This document shows positions 1-10,718 of a stretch of DNA of 64,000 nt, one piece after another. Numbering within the stretch: the stretch's first letter is position 1; each line of letters starts with the position of its first letter. Both the position numbers and the translations under genes were made by a program. The stretch comes from Hydrolagus colliei. Taxonomy: Eukaryota. The DNA lies in the NCBI GenBank assembly GCA_035084275.1, contig CM068742.1:54994001-55058000 (forward strand), in the 5' to 3' direction. Below the pieces are notes generated by a model. That model saw nothing but the letters and a program-made list of their open reading frames with translations. It did not search any database and was not told the origin of the DNA.

Positions 1-1924
1 CCCAAGGTGCTGGACAGTCAAGGGTTTTCACCTGAGCTGGGGGTTGGTATCAGGAGGAGGGGTGAAAGTGGGAGGATGACAGATTTGTGGATAAAAAGTG
101 GGGGGAAATGAAAATTATTTATTGTAGCTGCAAACCAAGACATTTCTGATTCTGTCATCAATAACAAAAATTGTGCAGTCACATTGACATACCATTACAG
201 AATAATTTATAGATGAATGCAATCAGTAATCTGATTTGAAACTAAAATGATCATTAATGGGGTTTCTATTGATCACCAATTGATATGATCAATAACCAAA
301 CAAAGAATAATCTGGTTGGGTAACCACTGGTGCACAAGAGATGAAAGTATCATTCAATTTGTGCAGTAAAAGTCATATTCACATGGAAACGAGCATTTTG
401 AGCTATGCCATTATTAGAAATAAATTACTAACCAATTTATAAAGAAATAACATTGAGCAAAATTGGAACTAACTGTACAGTCTTTTTTAAAAACAATAAA
501 ACTGAAAGTAAATGATCATGTAAAATAAAATGAAGGTGAACTTCCATTCCAATGCTAGATATAACCATTTTCAGAACAGTAGCAAAAATACTTTCATTTG
601 GCATTCTGATAAAAACAAACCACTAACAAAAATAGGGCCCAACCCAACTGGGATGCAGTTAAATACTGAAGATGTCAAATGAAACCTTCTCCAACACTGC
701 ATTGCTGAGGTCACTACCACTGGTAATGCACTGTAAATAAAACTATTAATAGAGCTGTCATGACTGCAAGATAATGTCATATTCTGACTTCCAGTTTACT
801 TCCCACAGATGATTTCTGCACTAAATTAAATGTCTATTTAGGATGGAAAATTTAACATAAAGACAGCTATCCATTCCTCAGGAAAGCAAATCTGCTATGC
901 AATTGTTCAGTTGGACAACATGTATTACACTGGAACAAATATTGGTCAAATACTGGTGAACAAACCTTTAAATTGGCTCTCAAATGTGTGAATTAAACAG
1001 TTATTTTAATTCACTTTTCATCTGTCTATTAAAATCCACATGTTAAATTTTAATTAATTCTTGTGCTAAATTTACACTTGAAGTAAAGTTTTTGCCATAA
1101 AGTGACATCATTCATATTGAAATCTGGATAGATTACTCCCTAATGGTGTTCTAAATTCACGATTTTCAAGCAGGTATTAATTGCTATATGAAAGCAGAAT
1201 ACTCACCAGAAGCCCTAACCTAATTTATTTTCAATCTTTCAATGTGATGATTCATGAACAATGTGGAATTTTTCATTCACTGAACTATTTAGCACAATTG
1301 CAAAACAAAGAAAGCAATGAGGTATATTCAATTAATGATAAAATAGTGAAATTAGCTCAAATTCACATTGCTTTCAATAAATTATTTAGGTTTAACATAC
1401 AGAAAATGATGTGCCATCCTATCTTGGGATTTAAACAAAGTGGAGCAGCATTGAATATGTTTTTATGTAATGATTTTATATAACATTTTCTATCCCTTTA
1501 GAAAATCACTTTCATTTTACTCATTTATATTCTGTATTGGTGCACAATTACTGATAAAATACATTGACAATCTTCCACTAACATCACATATAACAAATCT
1601 ATTCATGCTCACAAAATCAATCAATACCATTCCCTGTGATCTTTTGAAATGAACATTTGCAGCAAATGAAAAATATGCATTGAGAATAAAATTGACTTTC
1701 AAATGAATTAATAGAATTAATAGTTGATCAAGGCTAAGTGGAGAATCTCCAAAAATCGATTCATGATTAAATGGAATCCTATTACATCATTCATGATATG
1801 CAAGTTGATGCAATGCATGTAAAACCAGCAGGAGACTGCATCAAATATTGTGCTGATGCAAGATTACAACACTGCTAGAGAAAGTCTGTCTTTTCATGGC
1901 CTTCACCCCCACATAACTCTCTAT

Positions 1925-2170
1925 CTTGGGCACGTTTCCTTACTCCACACGTCTAATAATAATCTGTCCAAAAAAACTCCACAATAATAATTTTTTATTT
2001 TTTTTAGTTTCCCACTGTTTGTGGGACACTGCTGTGCACAATTGGCTGTCGCATTTCACCCACAAATATATAGTCAATTCACTTTACAGCATATTCTGTG
2101 AAGCGCTTTGAGACGTTGATAAGATGTGAAAAGCACTCTATCAAACGCAAGGATTATTATCATTATTATT
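1925..2170 (+). mobile_element. tRNA-SINE, 5'-truncated
   Basis: cttgggcacgtttccttactccacac...aagcgctttgagacg...atcaaacgcaaggattattat. Confidence 0.88.
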
Positions 2171-3642
2171 GCCTCTATGATTGTTTTCCAACTCAACTCG
2201 TATTTACCCCCTTTACTTGACAAGCTCAGGTTTGCTGCATGTGCCCAACCTCCTCCTGTTGATGACCGAGCTTTCTGATCAGGATGACCACACTTGGTGA
2301 TGTAGAAAATTAGCTCGTCCATAAAGAATTGACACCACAAATGTTTTTCTTTTGTCACGCAGGTTGTCATAGATTGCACTGCACGTAAACGAGCTGCTCA
2401 GTCTAACTAATGTGTGCCATGATAAATACTTCATCCACTCTTTACTTCCTCGTTATCCTTCGATTTCTCCCTTGCTCATGTGTATATATACTAACTCTTA
2501 AATGCATCTACACTATCTACTTTATCCAGCAGTACAGAAGGCAAGGTTTATGCATAATCAATTGTAGAATGTATTTTAGGATGTCTTAAGCACAGCATCC
2601 ACTAAGATGTACAGTATACATTACAATCTATTTTCTGAAAAATCCAATATCTGCAAAATTATATCTGTAAAATATAATGTCAGCAGGACTATTTACATAA
2701 TACTTACTGTGTATTGTGCTTCAATTGGCTTGTACTGGAATTTCATGCTTTAATGCTGCCTCCTCCACTTTACTTTCCTCTATGACATACTATCAACATT
2801 TCACAACTTACTAATGACCCATTTGCTGCCTGGTGGTGTTGGAAGTGATTTATAACTTCTTCCGAAATTGTCTCTTGGCCTAGTGATATATTCCAATCTT
2901 TATTCGGCATTGTGGCCTCTAGCAGCCAGCTGATATTCTACCCAAAATATTAACATTAAAATATTGATACTAAGATATGAACATATCTACCTCTTACAGA
3001 TTCAAATTGTTCTGCTATGGATATCCAGCATTTTATGTTTCTATATTACTCAACACTAAATTAATTATTTTTTATCTCTACCAATTTGTACACCATACTA
3101 TGGTATTCAGTAAACCAGCCTTTAGGCGGGGTGAGGGCAGGGGAGAGGTCGGTGGGGATCTCCATGGAGCTGAATGGGCTCCATGGTGATGTGGTTAGCA
3201 ACAGAATGTCAGACTTGTGTCACCCTCTATGATGATGTGAGTATTCTGCTTACTGAGCCAGACGGGTTCAGCAGCAGGACTTGGAGAGGTAGTCCAGTCA
3301 TTGGGTGCAAGGAGCCAGGGATTCTTCCCACCCAGCTTCTGTTAACACTGCTACCTACTTAAAACCCTAATAGGTAGAGTGACAACAACAACAAATGACA
3401 TGTGTACAGCAGTTTCCATATGAGGAGGCTGTCCCAAATAGCAGGAAGCTTGCCAGACTGAGTTCTCAATGGTAAACTTCACAGTCAATTACCTAATTGT
3501 TGATGGAAACATTGACATCCTCACCAGAAACCTGGAGCCTTGCCCCTGACTGAGGCCACACCACCTGGCTACACCTTCCATCATACGTAACCACTATGGT
3601 GGTGGGATGGCTCATCTCTTCAAGTCCACACATGGCCTAACC

Positions 3643-4396
3643 CACTGGCTTCCAAACTTTAAACAATGGCGCCCTTACTAACTCAGCAAAGTTTTCTTTG
3701 CACACCCCCTCCGACCCCTCCTTCACATTGAATAATTTTCGCAAATGATAACAGCAAATTAAATATTTTCTTTACCTGTTTTCAATTTTTTAAAAAAGTA
3801 TTAACAAAATACATTAAATTGTTAAAACTTTTAAATAATGAAAAAAATTATTAAAATTCTGAAACCAATTACAGTAAAAGCCCATTTATCTGTGACCCAA
3901 TCAACCGTAATTTCTGTATAACCAGCACCTCAAAAAAAAAGTCTGCATTCGATTAACCAGAATTTATCCGGAAAAATGCATTAAAAAAATTTTTAGGGGT
4001 GTTTTCAGCCGAATATCAGGCACACACGACTGCCGGATAAACAGGCTTTTACTGTACTTATATTTACAATTTACAACACTTCGAATTTGTTAGTGTGATG
4101 TGTGAGCTTGCTTTTCAGCGCAAAGTTTCTCCCCAACTGCCTGCCCAGCTCACTCACTCGCTCCCTGACTGCCTGTCCGGCTCACTCACTGCTGGTCTCG
4201 CTCGCTGCCGGCCTGGCTCACTCCCAGGTACTAGCGCCGTTGCACCCCTTTTTGCACCCACTGGCAAACAATGTATTATCGAACATAGCAACGTTAAGCG
4301 GGATTTACCTGTAATAAGAACAATCATGGCCAAGCCCCCCCAGCCAACGCTACGCATCCCCCATGGAAGGTGCGCCCCACTGTATGGAAATCACTG
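3643..4396. mobile_element. hAT (Charlie-like) non-autonomous DNA transposon
   Basis: Imperfect TIRs cactggcttccaaac / gtatggaaatcactg. 8-bp TSD gcctaacc (3635-3642) / gcttaacc (4397-4404). Confidence 0.75.
3872..4054. mobile_element. Tigger/pogo-like MITE nested in the hAT element
   Basis: TIR cagtaaaagcccatttatc / gataaacaggcttttactg; TA TSD on both sides. Confidence 0.88.
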
Positions 4397-5594
4397 GCTT
4401 AACCCCTTATTTCTCCGCTTCCTCCCCCTCCTTGGAGACCACCTTAGCCTCTACTATCCCTCCAATCCATCCCTTCAAGTTCTCCTTGTTTATCACCTCC
4501 TCATCCAATGCAATTTGAACCTCAACATCACTTGCGATATCACCGCTGAGAAGAGTGTTACCACAGAGCCAATCTGAAATTTGGTATCATCTGTGAATTT
4601 AACTAACTTCTATGCCATTACTGCTTACAGATTGAGCATGAGGGTTCCAGTGCAGAGCACTGAGGCATCCCGATCAGATACGTTTTCTCATCTAATCAGG
4701 TTCCCTACCGATGTGAAAGGCACTATCTACAAATGTAATGTTGGTATTGTTGATGTTAGTAATGTAGGAACACAGGAGCAGAAGAAGACCTGCGTGACGA
4801 GTCAGCCTCCCAAAAACAATTTCAACTGCAGCGCATATCCTCAGATTAGGTTTCTCACTTTTGACATTTCTATTATTCCCAAGCAGTATATACATAAAGC
4901 GAAACAATTACAGAAGCAACAGTCACAAAATGTTCTGAGATCTTCACAAAAGGCAAATGAAGCAATTAGTGAAACCATGGTGATGGTATTCTGATATCAT
5001 TGGCTTAGATCTAAATAACCTCCATACTGTATTATTTATTATATGTGGGGTGTGACAGGTGAATGCAGTGTTGCTGCTGCAGAGACAATGGTTACCGATC
5101 ATTTAGACAAAGAATAACTAGACTACTAGACTACCGGAGATCTGGAAGTACAGTTATTGGTCCAGTACTGTATAATATCAACACTGCAAAGACTGAGTTG
5201 AAGACTGAGTTGTGTGATAGCCTTGCTCTGTGGTTGCATTCTCACCTCTGAATCAGAAGGTTGTGGGTTCAAGGGTTCAGTTGTACACTACCCATTGCCA
5301 TGCTGAAGAGCATCAAATCCAACAACTCACATTTAGACAGCACCCTTCACGCAGAGTGATGTCACAGAGCGCTTGACTATGAGATTATGTACAGAGTGGA
5401 GTGAATGGCCAATTTTATTTGAGGAACAACACAATTATATTTGTATAGTACCTTTCACATTGGGAGGACATCCCAAGGCAATTGTTGAGCAATTAGTCCA
5501 AATCCAGACTACAAATTCCATATATGCATGCCGCATATTAATAGAAATGTCACTTAGAATGAAGTATGTAGTGTCTTTCCAGGAATGCACACCA

Positions 5595-6590
5595 GAACAA
5601 TGGAACAGAAGAAGGCCATTTGGCCATCGTGTCTGAGCTGGCTCCCTCAAGAGCAATCCTTTCACTTATCTGTCCTTCCCCCACAACCTTGTATCTGACA
5701 GTTTTTAAAGGTATCTGTCTGGTTCCTTCATGAAGGCAAATGTGGATTTTGCCTAAACTAACACACCCAACAAGGCATTTCATATCCAAAATACCTAAAT
5801 TCTTCTAACCCAACTGCATTCTTCTAACCGCAACATTGTTCGACTTCACCATTGCCTCACGTGATCCTTAGGCTGCTGAAACTCTCATACATGCATTTGT
5901 CACTTCAAGGCTTGACTACAGAAACTCCCTCCATATCGGCCTCTGCAACTCTTTCCTCCACAAGCTTCAGATCAACCAAAACTCTGAAGCTCGTGTCCTC
6001 TCCACACAGGGCTCTGTGACCCAGGCTCCCAACCCTCGGCCTGCTCCACTGGCTCCCAACCTTCAGAGGATAGAATTCAAGTTCCTCCTCCTCACTTTCA
6101 CGTCCCTCCATGGCCTTGCCATCTCCTACCACTCTGACCTACTTATCCCCTTTCAACATGTCCATTCCCTTCGTTTAACAGGCTCTGGCCTGATTCAACA
6201 ACAACAAAATTACACTTGTATAGTGCCTTTTATGTCAGGAGGAAGTCCCAAGGCACTTCATCTCTCTCTCCCCACCCCTACCCCCACCTCCCGACCTGCC
6301 CTACCATTGAAAGCCGGGCATTGAGCTTCACTGCCTCCAGGCTTTGGAACTCCATCCCATAATCCCTTTGCCTTGCTCCCTCCTTTGCCTCCTTGAAGGT
6401 CCGACTCAAGGCATCGCCTTTTCGACCGTGCCTTCAGCTGACCCCTGTACAGCTCTATCCTCAAGCATCCCAACCCTGACCCTCCTTCCCCCGTATTGGC
6501 TATCAAAATCCTTCATAATTTTAAAGACATCTATGAGGTCACCCTTCAACCTTCTCTGTTCCATCAAAAAAAAACCAAGATCCTGATTAT
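5595..6590 (-). mobile_element. CR1 3' remnant split by the L2 insertion (pieces ~5595-5835 and ~6500-6590)
   Basis: gaaggccatttggccatcgtgtctgagctggctc matches the CR1 3' UTR at 16110-16145. aaatccttcataattttaaagacatctatgaggtcacccttcaaccttctc matches 16420-16475. Confidence 0.75.
5835..6500 (+). mobile_element. L2 LINE 3' fragment nested in a CR1 remnant
   Basis: ETLIHAFVTSRLDY (gaaactctcatacatgcatttgtcacttcaaggcttgactac) and QRIEFKFLLLTF. Contains an antisense L2 tail insertion at ~6197-6260. Confidence 0.85.
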
Positions 6591-6819
6591 CTCATTCAGA
6601 AAATTATTACTCGATTAATATTAGGTTTCTCCCTTCTCCTTCTATAGAAGCAGCACCTTCTGGAGAAATCTACTGTTGTAAGCACACATCCGATCACCAT
6701 ATAATATTCCACATTGACAATCTACATCATTATTGTGCAGCCTCAAAGCTCCAAGAAGAAAGGTTCTATTAACATATTACATGGTAGACATCTAAATATC
6801 ATTAGGTTAGAGTAGTTAT

Positions 6820-7430
6820 GGAATGGGACATAGAACAAACAAAGTTGATGATACTCAACTGGGAAAGGGCTAATTTCAGTGAGTTGAAAAAGGATCTGCC
6901 CAAATGGATTGGAAATGAAGATTGACAGGTAAAACGGTAAATGAGCAAAGAAAGACCACTAAGAAGTAAATAGTTAGGGTACAGACCTAACACACTCGCA
7001 TGAGGGGAAATATAATACATCCAAAGCTAGAGTTCCCTGGATGACTAAGAACAGTGGGTTTGAAACAGAAAAGGGATGCTTGGGTTAAATATCAGGTTCA
7101 ACATATACCATAGAATCGAGCAAAATACAGAAAGTACAGAGGAGATCTGAAAAAGGAAATAAGAGAGGCAAAGAGAGTGTATGAGCAAATAATCTTTTTT
7201 TAAATGCAGAGAATTATTACCGTCTGGAATGCAATGACTTAAAGGGTGGCAGAAACATGTTCACTAACAGCTTTGAAAAATGGAATAGGATAAGCACTTG
7301 AAAAGGAAAGAAAAAGCAGGGATATGGGAAAAGAGCAGGGGAGTGGGACTGGTTGGGTAGCTCTTCTAAAGAGCTGGCACGGGTGCAATGGGCTGAATGG
7401 CCTACTATACTGTAATAGTCTAATATCTAA
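6820..7430 (+). mobile_element. Decayed CR1 (ORF2 remnant joined to the 3' end)
   Basis: The 3' part (ggggagtgggactgg...gagctggcacgggtgcaatgggctgaatggcct) is the reverse complement of 16100-16200. The upstream part resembles the CR1 ORF2 linker. Confidence 0.72.
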
Positions 7431-7610
7431 TTGCAAGCTGTTAGTTATGATTCCCCAGTAAATTAATTTGGATGAATTAAAGAGAACATTCAAATGCTTA
7501 ATTTCAACGTAAGGAACAAACATATAAATTTCAAAAGCAACTCGCTATCTCTATATTGTAAAAATCAGTACCAAGCACCAGGGATACAAAAAGAAACTTG
7601 TAGGCCTTCA

Positions 7611-7890
7611 GGGGGAGCACTCGATAGTCCAAAGGTTCAATAGTCCGAAGGTTCGATAGTCCGAACGTTCGATAGTCCGAACACACAAATTTCCTATACC
7701 CAGGGCGGTTACCATGGTTACCGCTCGATCGTCCGAAAATAAGGTTCATTAATCCGAACATTTGGTGCAATAGTCTGAAGGTTCATTAGTCCAAATGTTA
7801 GGGTTAGGGTTAGGGGAAGCTTCAGACTAACGAGCCTTCGGCCTAATGAACCTTCAGACTAACGAACCTTCGGACTATCGAGCTGTAACC
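7611..7890. mobile_element. MITE with GG...CC termini, 8-bp TSD, subterminal 16-bp tandem repeats and internal TTAGGG (Merlin-like; MULE possible)
   Basis: TSD ggccttca at 7603-7610 and 7891-7898. (ggttcgatagtccgaa)n on the left and inverted (ttcggactaacgaacc)n on the right. gttagggttagggttaggg at ~7797-7815. Confidence 0.85.
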
Positions 7891-9119
7891 GGCCTTCAGT
7901 GTATCTTGACAATTGGGCTTAGTGAATAAAATATCCTTGAGGCTTATATTGTTCACTTTATTTGAGCTCTTAGAACTTAAACTACAGGGCAACTCTGCAT
8001 TCAGTTCCTGAACTTTGTATTCAATGTTGACAAAAGCAGCTACAAACGGTTTTAAAACTATGAATCATTCCACTGCTTGGATCGAATATTTAAACTGTTC
8101 AAACTCTGAATTTCCTCATTAATGATCATTTGTGGTTAGATCTCATAAGTGTTAAGCATGTTGAAGATAAATTTAAAGATATTAGAAAAGAAATGATATC
8201 CCAGGGATTTCACCTGACATTCTGCAGGAAGCAATGAAGGGGAAAATTGGAAAGAATTCCATAGTACATAGTACTGGGGAAAAAAAAGCATAGGGCAGGG
8301 AGATAAAGTTAGACAGATTAATGGCCCTGAAATTATCTAATGCACATAATAGAAACTTGATGGCACGGAACAAATTATAAGTACGGACAAATTTGAATTT
8401 TGAAGATAGCTATTAACAATGCCAAATTAAGATACACATATTGAATTTTGAAGCCAGCAAAGAATTGGGGGAATTACTGGATCATTCAATCAGGAAAGCT
8501 ACAGCAAAGACAGTACTTACAGGAATTAAAACATTGAACAGAAAAAAAGCACCACTAACTCCTGGGAGATTAAATGCTGGTTAAGTTATTATGGCAGGTT
8601 GTACTTTTTCTGAATAGCCCCCTCCCTCCATAATAATTTGTAAATTCAATCATAAGATTACATCTTCCCATGTTATCAGTGGAGCTGAGGCCTTGGGGAA
8701 TTAAAGAGATGCTAAAGAAAATCATTACTTGCTGTTTCTAGAGGATCTTATTCGCCTTAAAATGGCTAACAGCAATCAAATTATATTTGAATAGCACCTT
8801 TAACGTCAGGAGGACGTCCCGAGGCTCTGGACAGTCAGTGCTTCGGATCTGACCTCGGGGTCAGGAATCGGGGAGGGTGATGGTCACAAAGGCTAAACCA
8901 ACTAGCATAGTTTACTCCAGAATAACAAATACAGTAAAAATCTTTGCATTCAGTATAATGTTAAAAGGTCTCAAAGTTTCACACAGATTTCTGTCAATTG
9001 ACTGAATAGGCAGCCGAATTTCTCATGGCCTACATCCCACAAACAGATGAAGTGAAAGATCAATTTATTTGAAGCGTGGTTGGTCAGGGAGGATGTCAAG
9101 AATATTTAAGTGGTACCAT

Positions 9120-9516
9120 TTCCAAACCTGAGAGAAGATCGATTTCAAGATCCTCATCCTTGTTTTCAAATCCCTCCATTCCTCTGCACCCACCTCCCTC
9201 TCCGACCTCCTCTCCTCAAACCAGCACCCGTTGCCTTTGGTAGATCGGGTCTGGCCTCCTCCATGTACCCCGAATCCACCGCTCCACCCTCAGCAGCCGT
9301 GCCTTCAGCCACTACGCACCGAGGCTCCGGAACCCCCTTCCTCACTCCCTTCACTTCGCCCCCTCTCTTCCCAGTTTCAGGTAAAGACCTTTATCTTCGA
9401 CCGCACCTTTGGTCACCTTTCTATCCCTGCCCCTGGCTTGGTCCCGGGATCCATTGTTGTGAAGCGCTCTGAGACGCCATCCTGCGTGGAGGGCGCTATA
9501 TAAATTGAAGTTGTTA
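9120..9516 (+). mobile_element. L2 3' end fragment
   Basis: gagagaagatcgatttcaagatcctcatcc (RIDFKIL) and tail gtgaagcgctctgagacgccatcctgcgtggagggcgctatataaattgaagttgtt. It is the reverse complement of the 40273-40680 region. Confidence 0.88.
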
Positions 9517-9688
9517 CTACACATCCTACAATGTTATGATATTCAGGTTTTGAAAAGTAAGAGTAAATGTTTCCATACTAGATTTGAAGGCAATCATGCC
9601 GCTGTGGCATCCTGCGCCACAGAGCATGCATCTATGTAGGCAAATGGCAGGAACAAAATTACAATTATAAAGTGGTGAATCCTTCCAT

Positions 9689-9770
9689 TAATAATAATAA
9701 TCCTTGCATTTGATATAGTGTTTTGCACATCTTCTAGACGTCTCAAAGCGCTTCACACAATGTACTGCAA
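9689..9770 (-). mobile_element. SINE 3' tail fragment, head-to-head with 9776-10082
   Basis: taataataataatccttgcatttgatatagtg...tctcaaagcgcttcac. Confidence 0.85.
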
Positions 9771-9775
9771 ATCCT

Positions 9776-10082
9776 GGAGTCCTTTAGCTCAGTGGTTGGA
9801 GCACTCACCTTACAAGCATGAGACCTGTGTTCTAATCCAGGCAGGGCGAAACCTTGGGTAAATTTCCTTACTTCACACGTCTAATAATAATGCCTCAAAA
9901 AAAAAAAATTGGTCATTTCAATCCACGACTGTTTGTGAGACACTGCTGTACACAATTGGCTGCCAGGTTTCATCCACAAATTTACAGTCAATTCACTTTA
10001 CAGTATATTCTATGAAGCGCTTTGAGACGTGTAGAAAACATGAAAAGCGCTATATCAAATGCAAGGATTATTATTATTATTA
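9776..10082 (+). mobile_element. tRNA-derived SINE, full length (short subfamily)
   Basis: Same consensus as 48076-48397; (ATT)n tail. Confidence 0.92.
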
Positions 10083-10122
10083 CATGTAACACTAATGCAG
10101 TCAATGTATTCTTAGCCACATA

Positions 10123-10461
10123 CAGTAAAAGCCCGTTTATCCGTGACCCGATCAACCGGATTGCGCGACCCCCTCCCGGGGTAATTCCCTATTCCAGCAA
10201 ACGCGAGCATGCTCACTTTCCGCATGCGTGCACGTGCGTACTTATTAAACTTATGAACTCTGGGTTTTTACCGAGTGTGCTGGAATCTTTATTGGTAAAT
10301 ATCCATACAATATTCTGTTACCATTTAGTATATTATTAATATGGTATGTTTTAAATTAAGTAAATTTTTTGTGTTGGATTTTCGATAACTTGCCACCCGA
10401 TTATCCGACACAGTCAATTAGTCGACCCCCCGGAGGGTGCTGGATAAACAGCTTTTTACTG
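10123..10461. mobile_element. Tigger/pogo-like MITE
   Basis: TIR cagtaaaagcccgtttatcc / ggataaacagctttttactg; TA TSD. Interior is shared with the 13636 and 35602 copies. Confidence 0.88.
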
Positions 10462-10624
10462 TATTTAACAACGTATGGCCTAGCAGAAAAATAATTTCCA
10501 ATAGTGGCCCACATTTCACTCTATTGAAGTTGAATCAAATGATTAGTTGATCCTTATTATGTGCCAATAAATAATGTTAAATTAAATCATTAAAGAATGT
10601 TTGTGAAGATTCTTAAGAGAGCAT

Positions 10625-10718
10625 TTGAAACTTGCCCAACATTTCACCCTGCCAGGAATTGAATGCAGGTCTCTCGCTAGCAAGGCGAGCACTCTCAACA
10701 CTGAGCAACAGGACTACA
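10625..10718 (-). mobile_element. SINE head fragment (tRNA part and start of the central box)
   Basis: Reverse complement reads gtagtcctgttgctcagtgttgagagtgctcgccttgctagcgagagacctgcattcaattcc...ttgggcaagtttc. Confidence 0.75.

Larger units (their letters stand above)
3500..4540 (+). mobile_element. L2 endonuclease (APE) domain remnant, split by a hAT MITE
   Basis: Pieces 3500-3642 and 4397-4540 encode IDIL..ETW, EATPPGYTFHH, GGG.A..FKS and HLSLYYPSNPSLQVLLVY, all typical of L2 EN. Confidence 0.7.

Noticed and set aside
4095-4994. 160-aa and 137-aa ORFs
   Set aside because: They run across a MITE interior, L2 remnants and a tail fragment, and encode no coherent protein.
7620-7880. CRISPR-like array of 16-bp repeats
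   Set aside because: The units are directly tandem with no unique spacers, are inverted at the other end and are bounded by a TSD. The context is eukaryotic with no cas genes.
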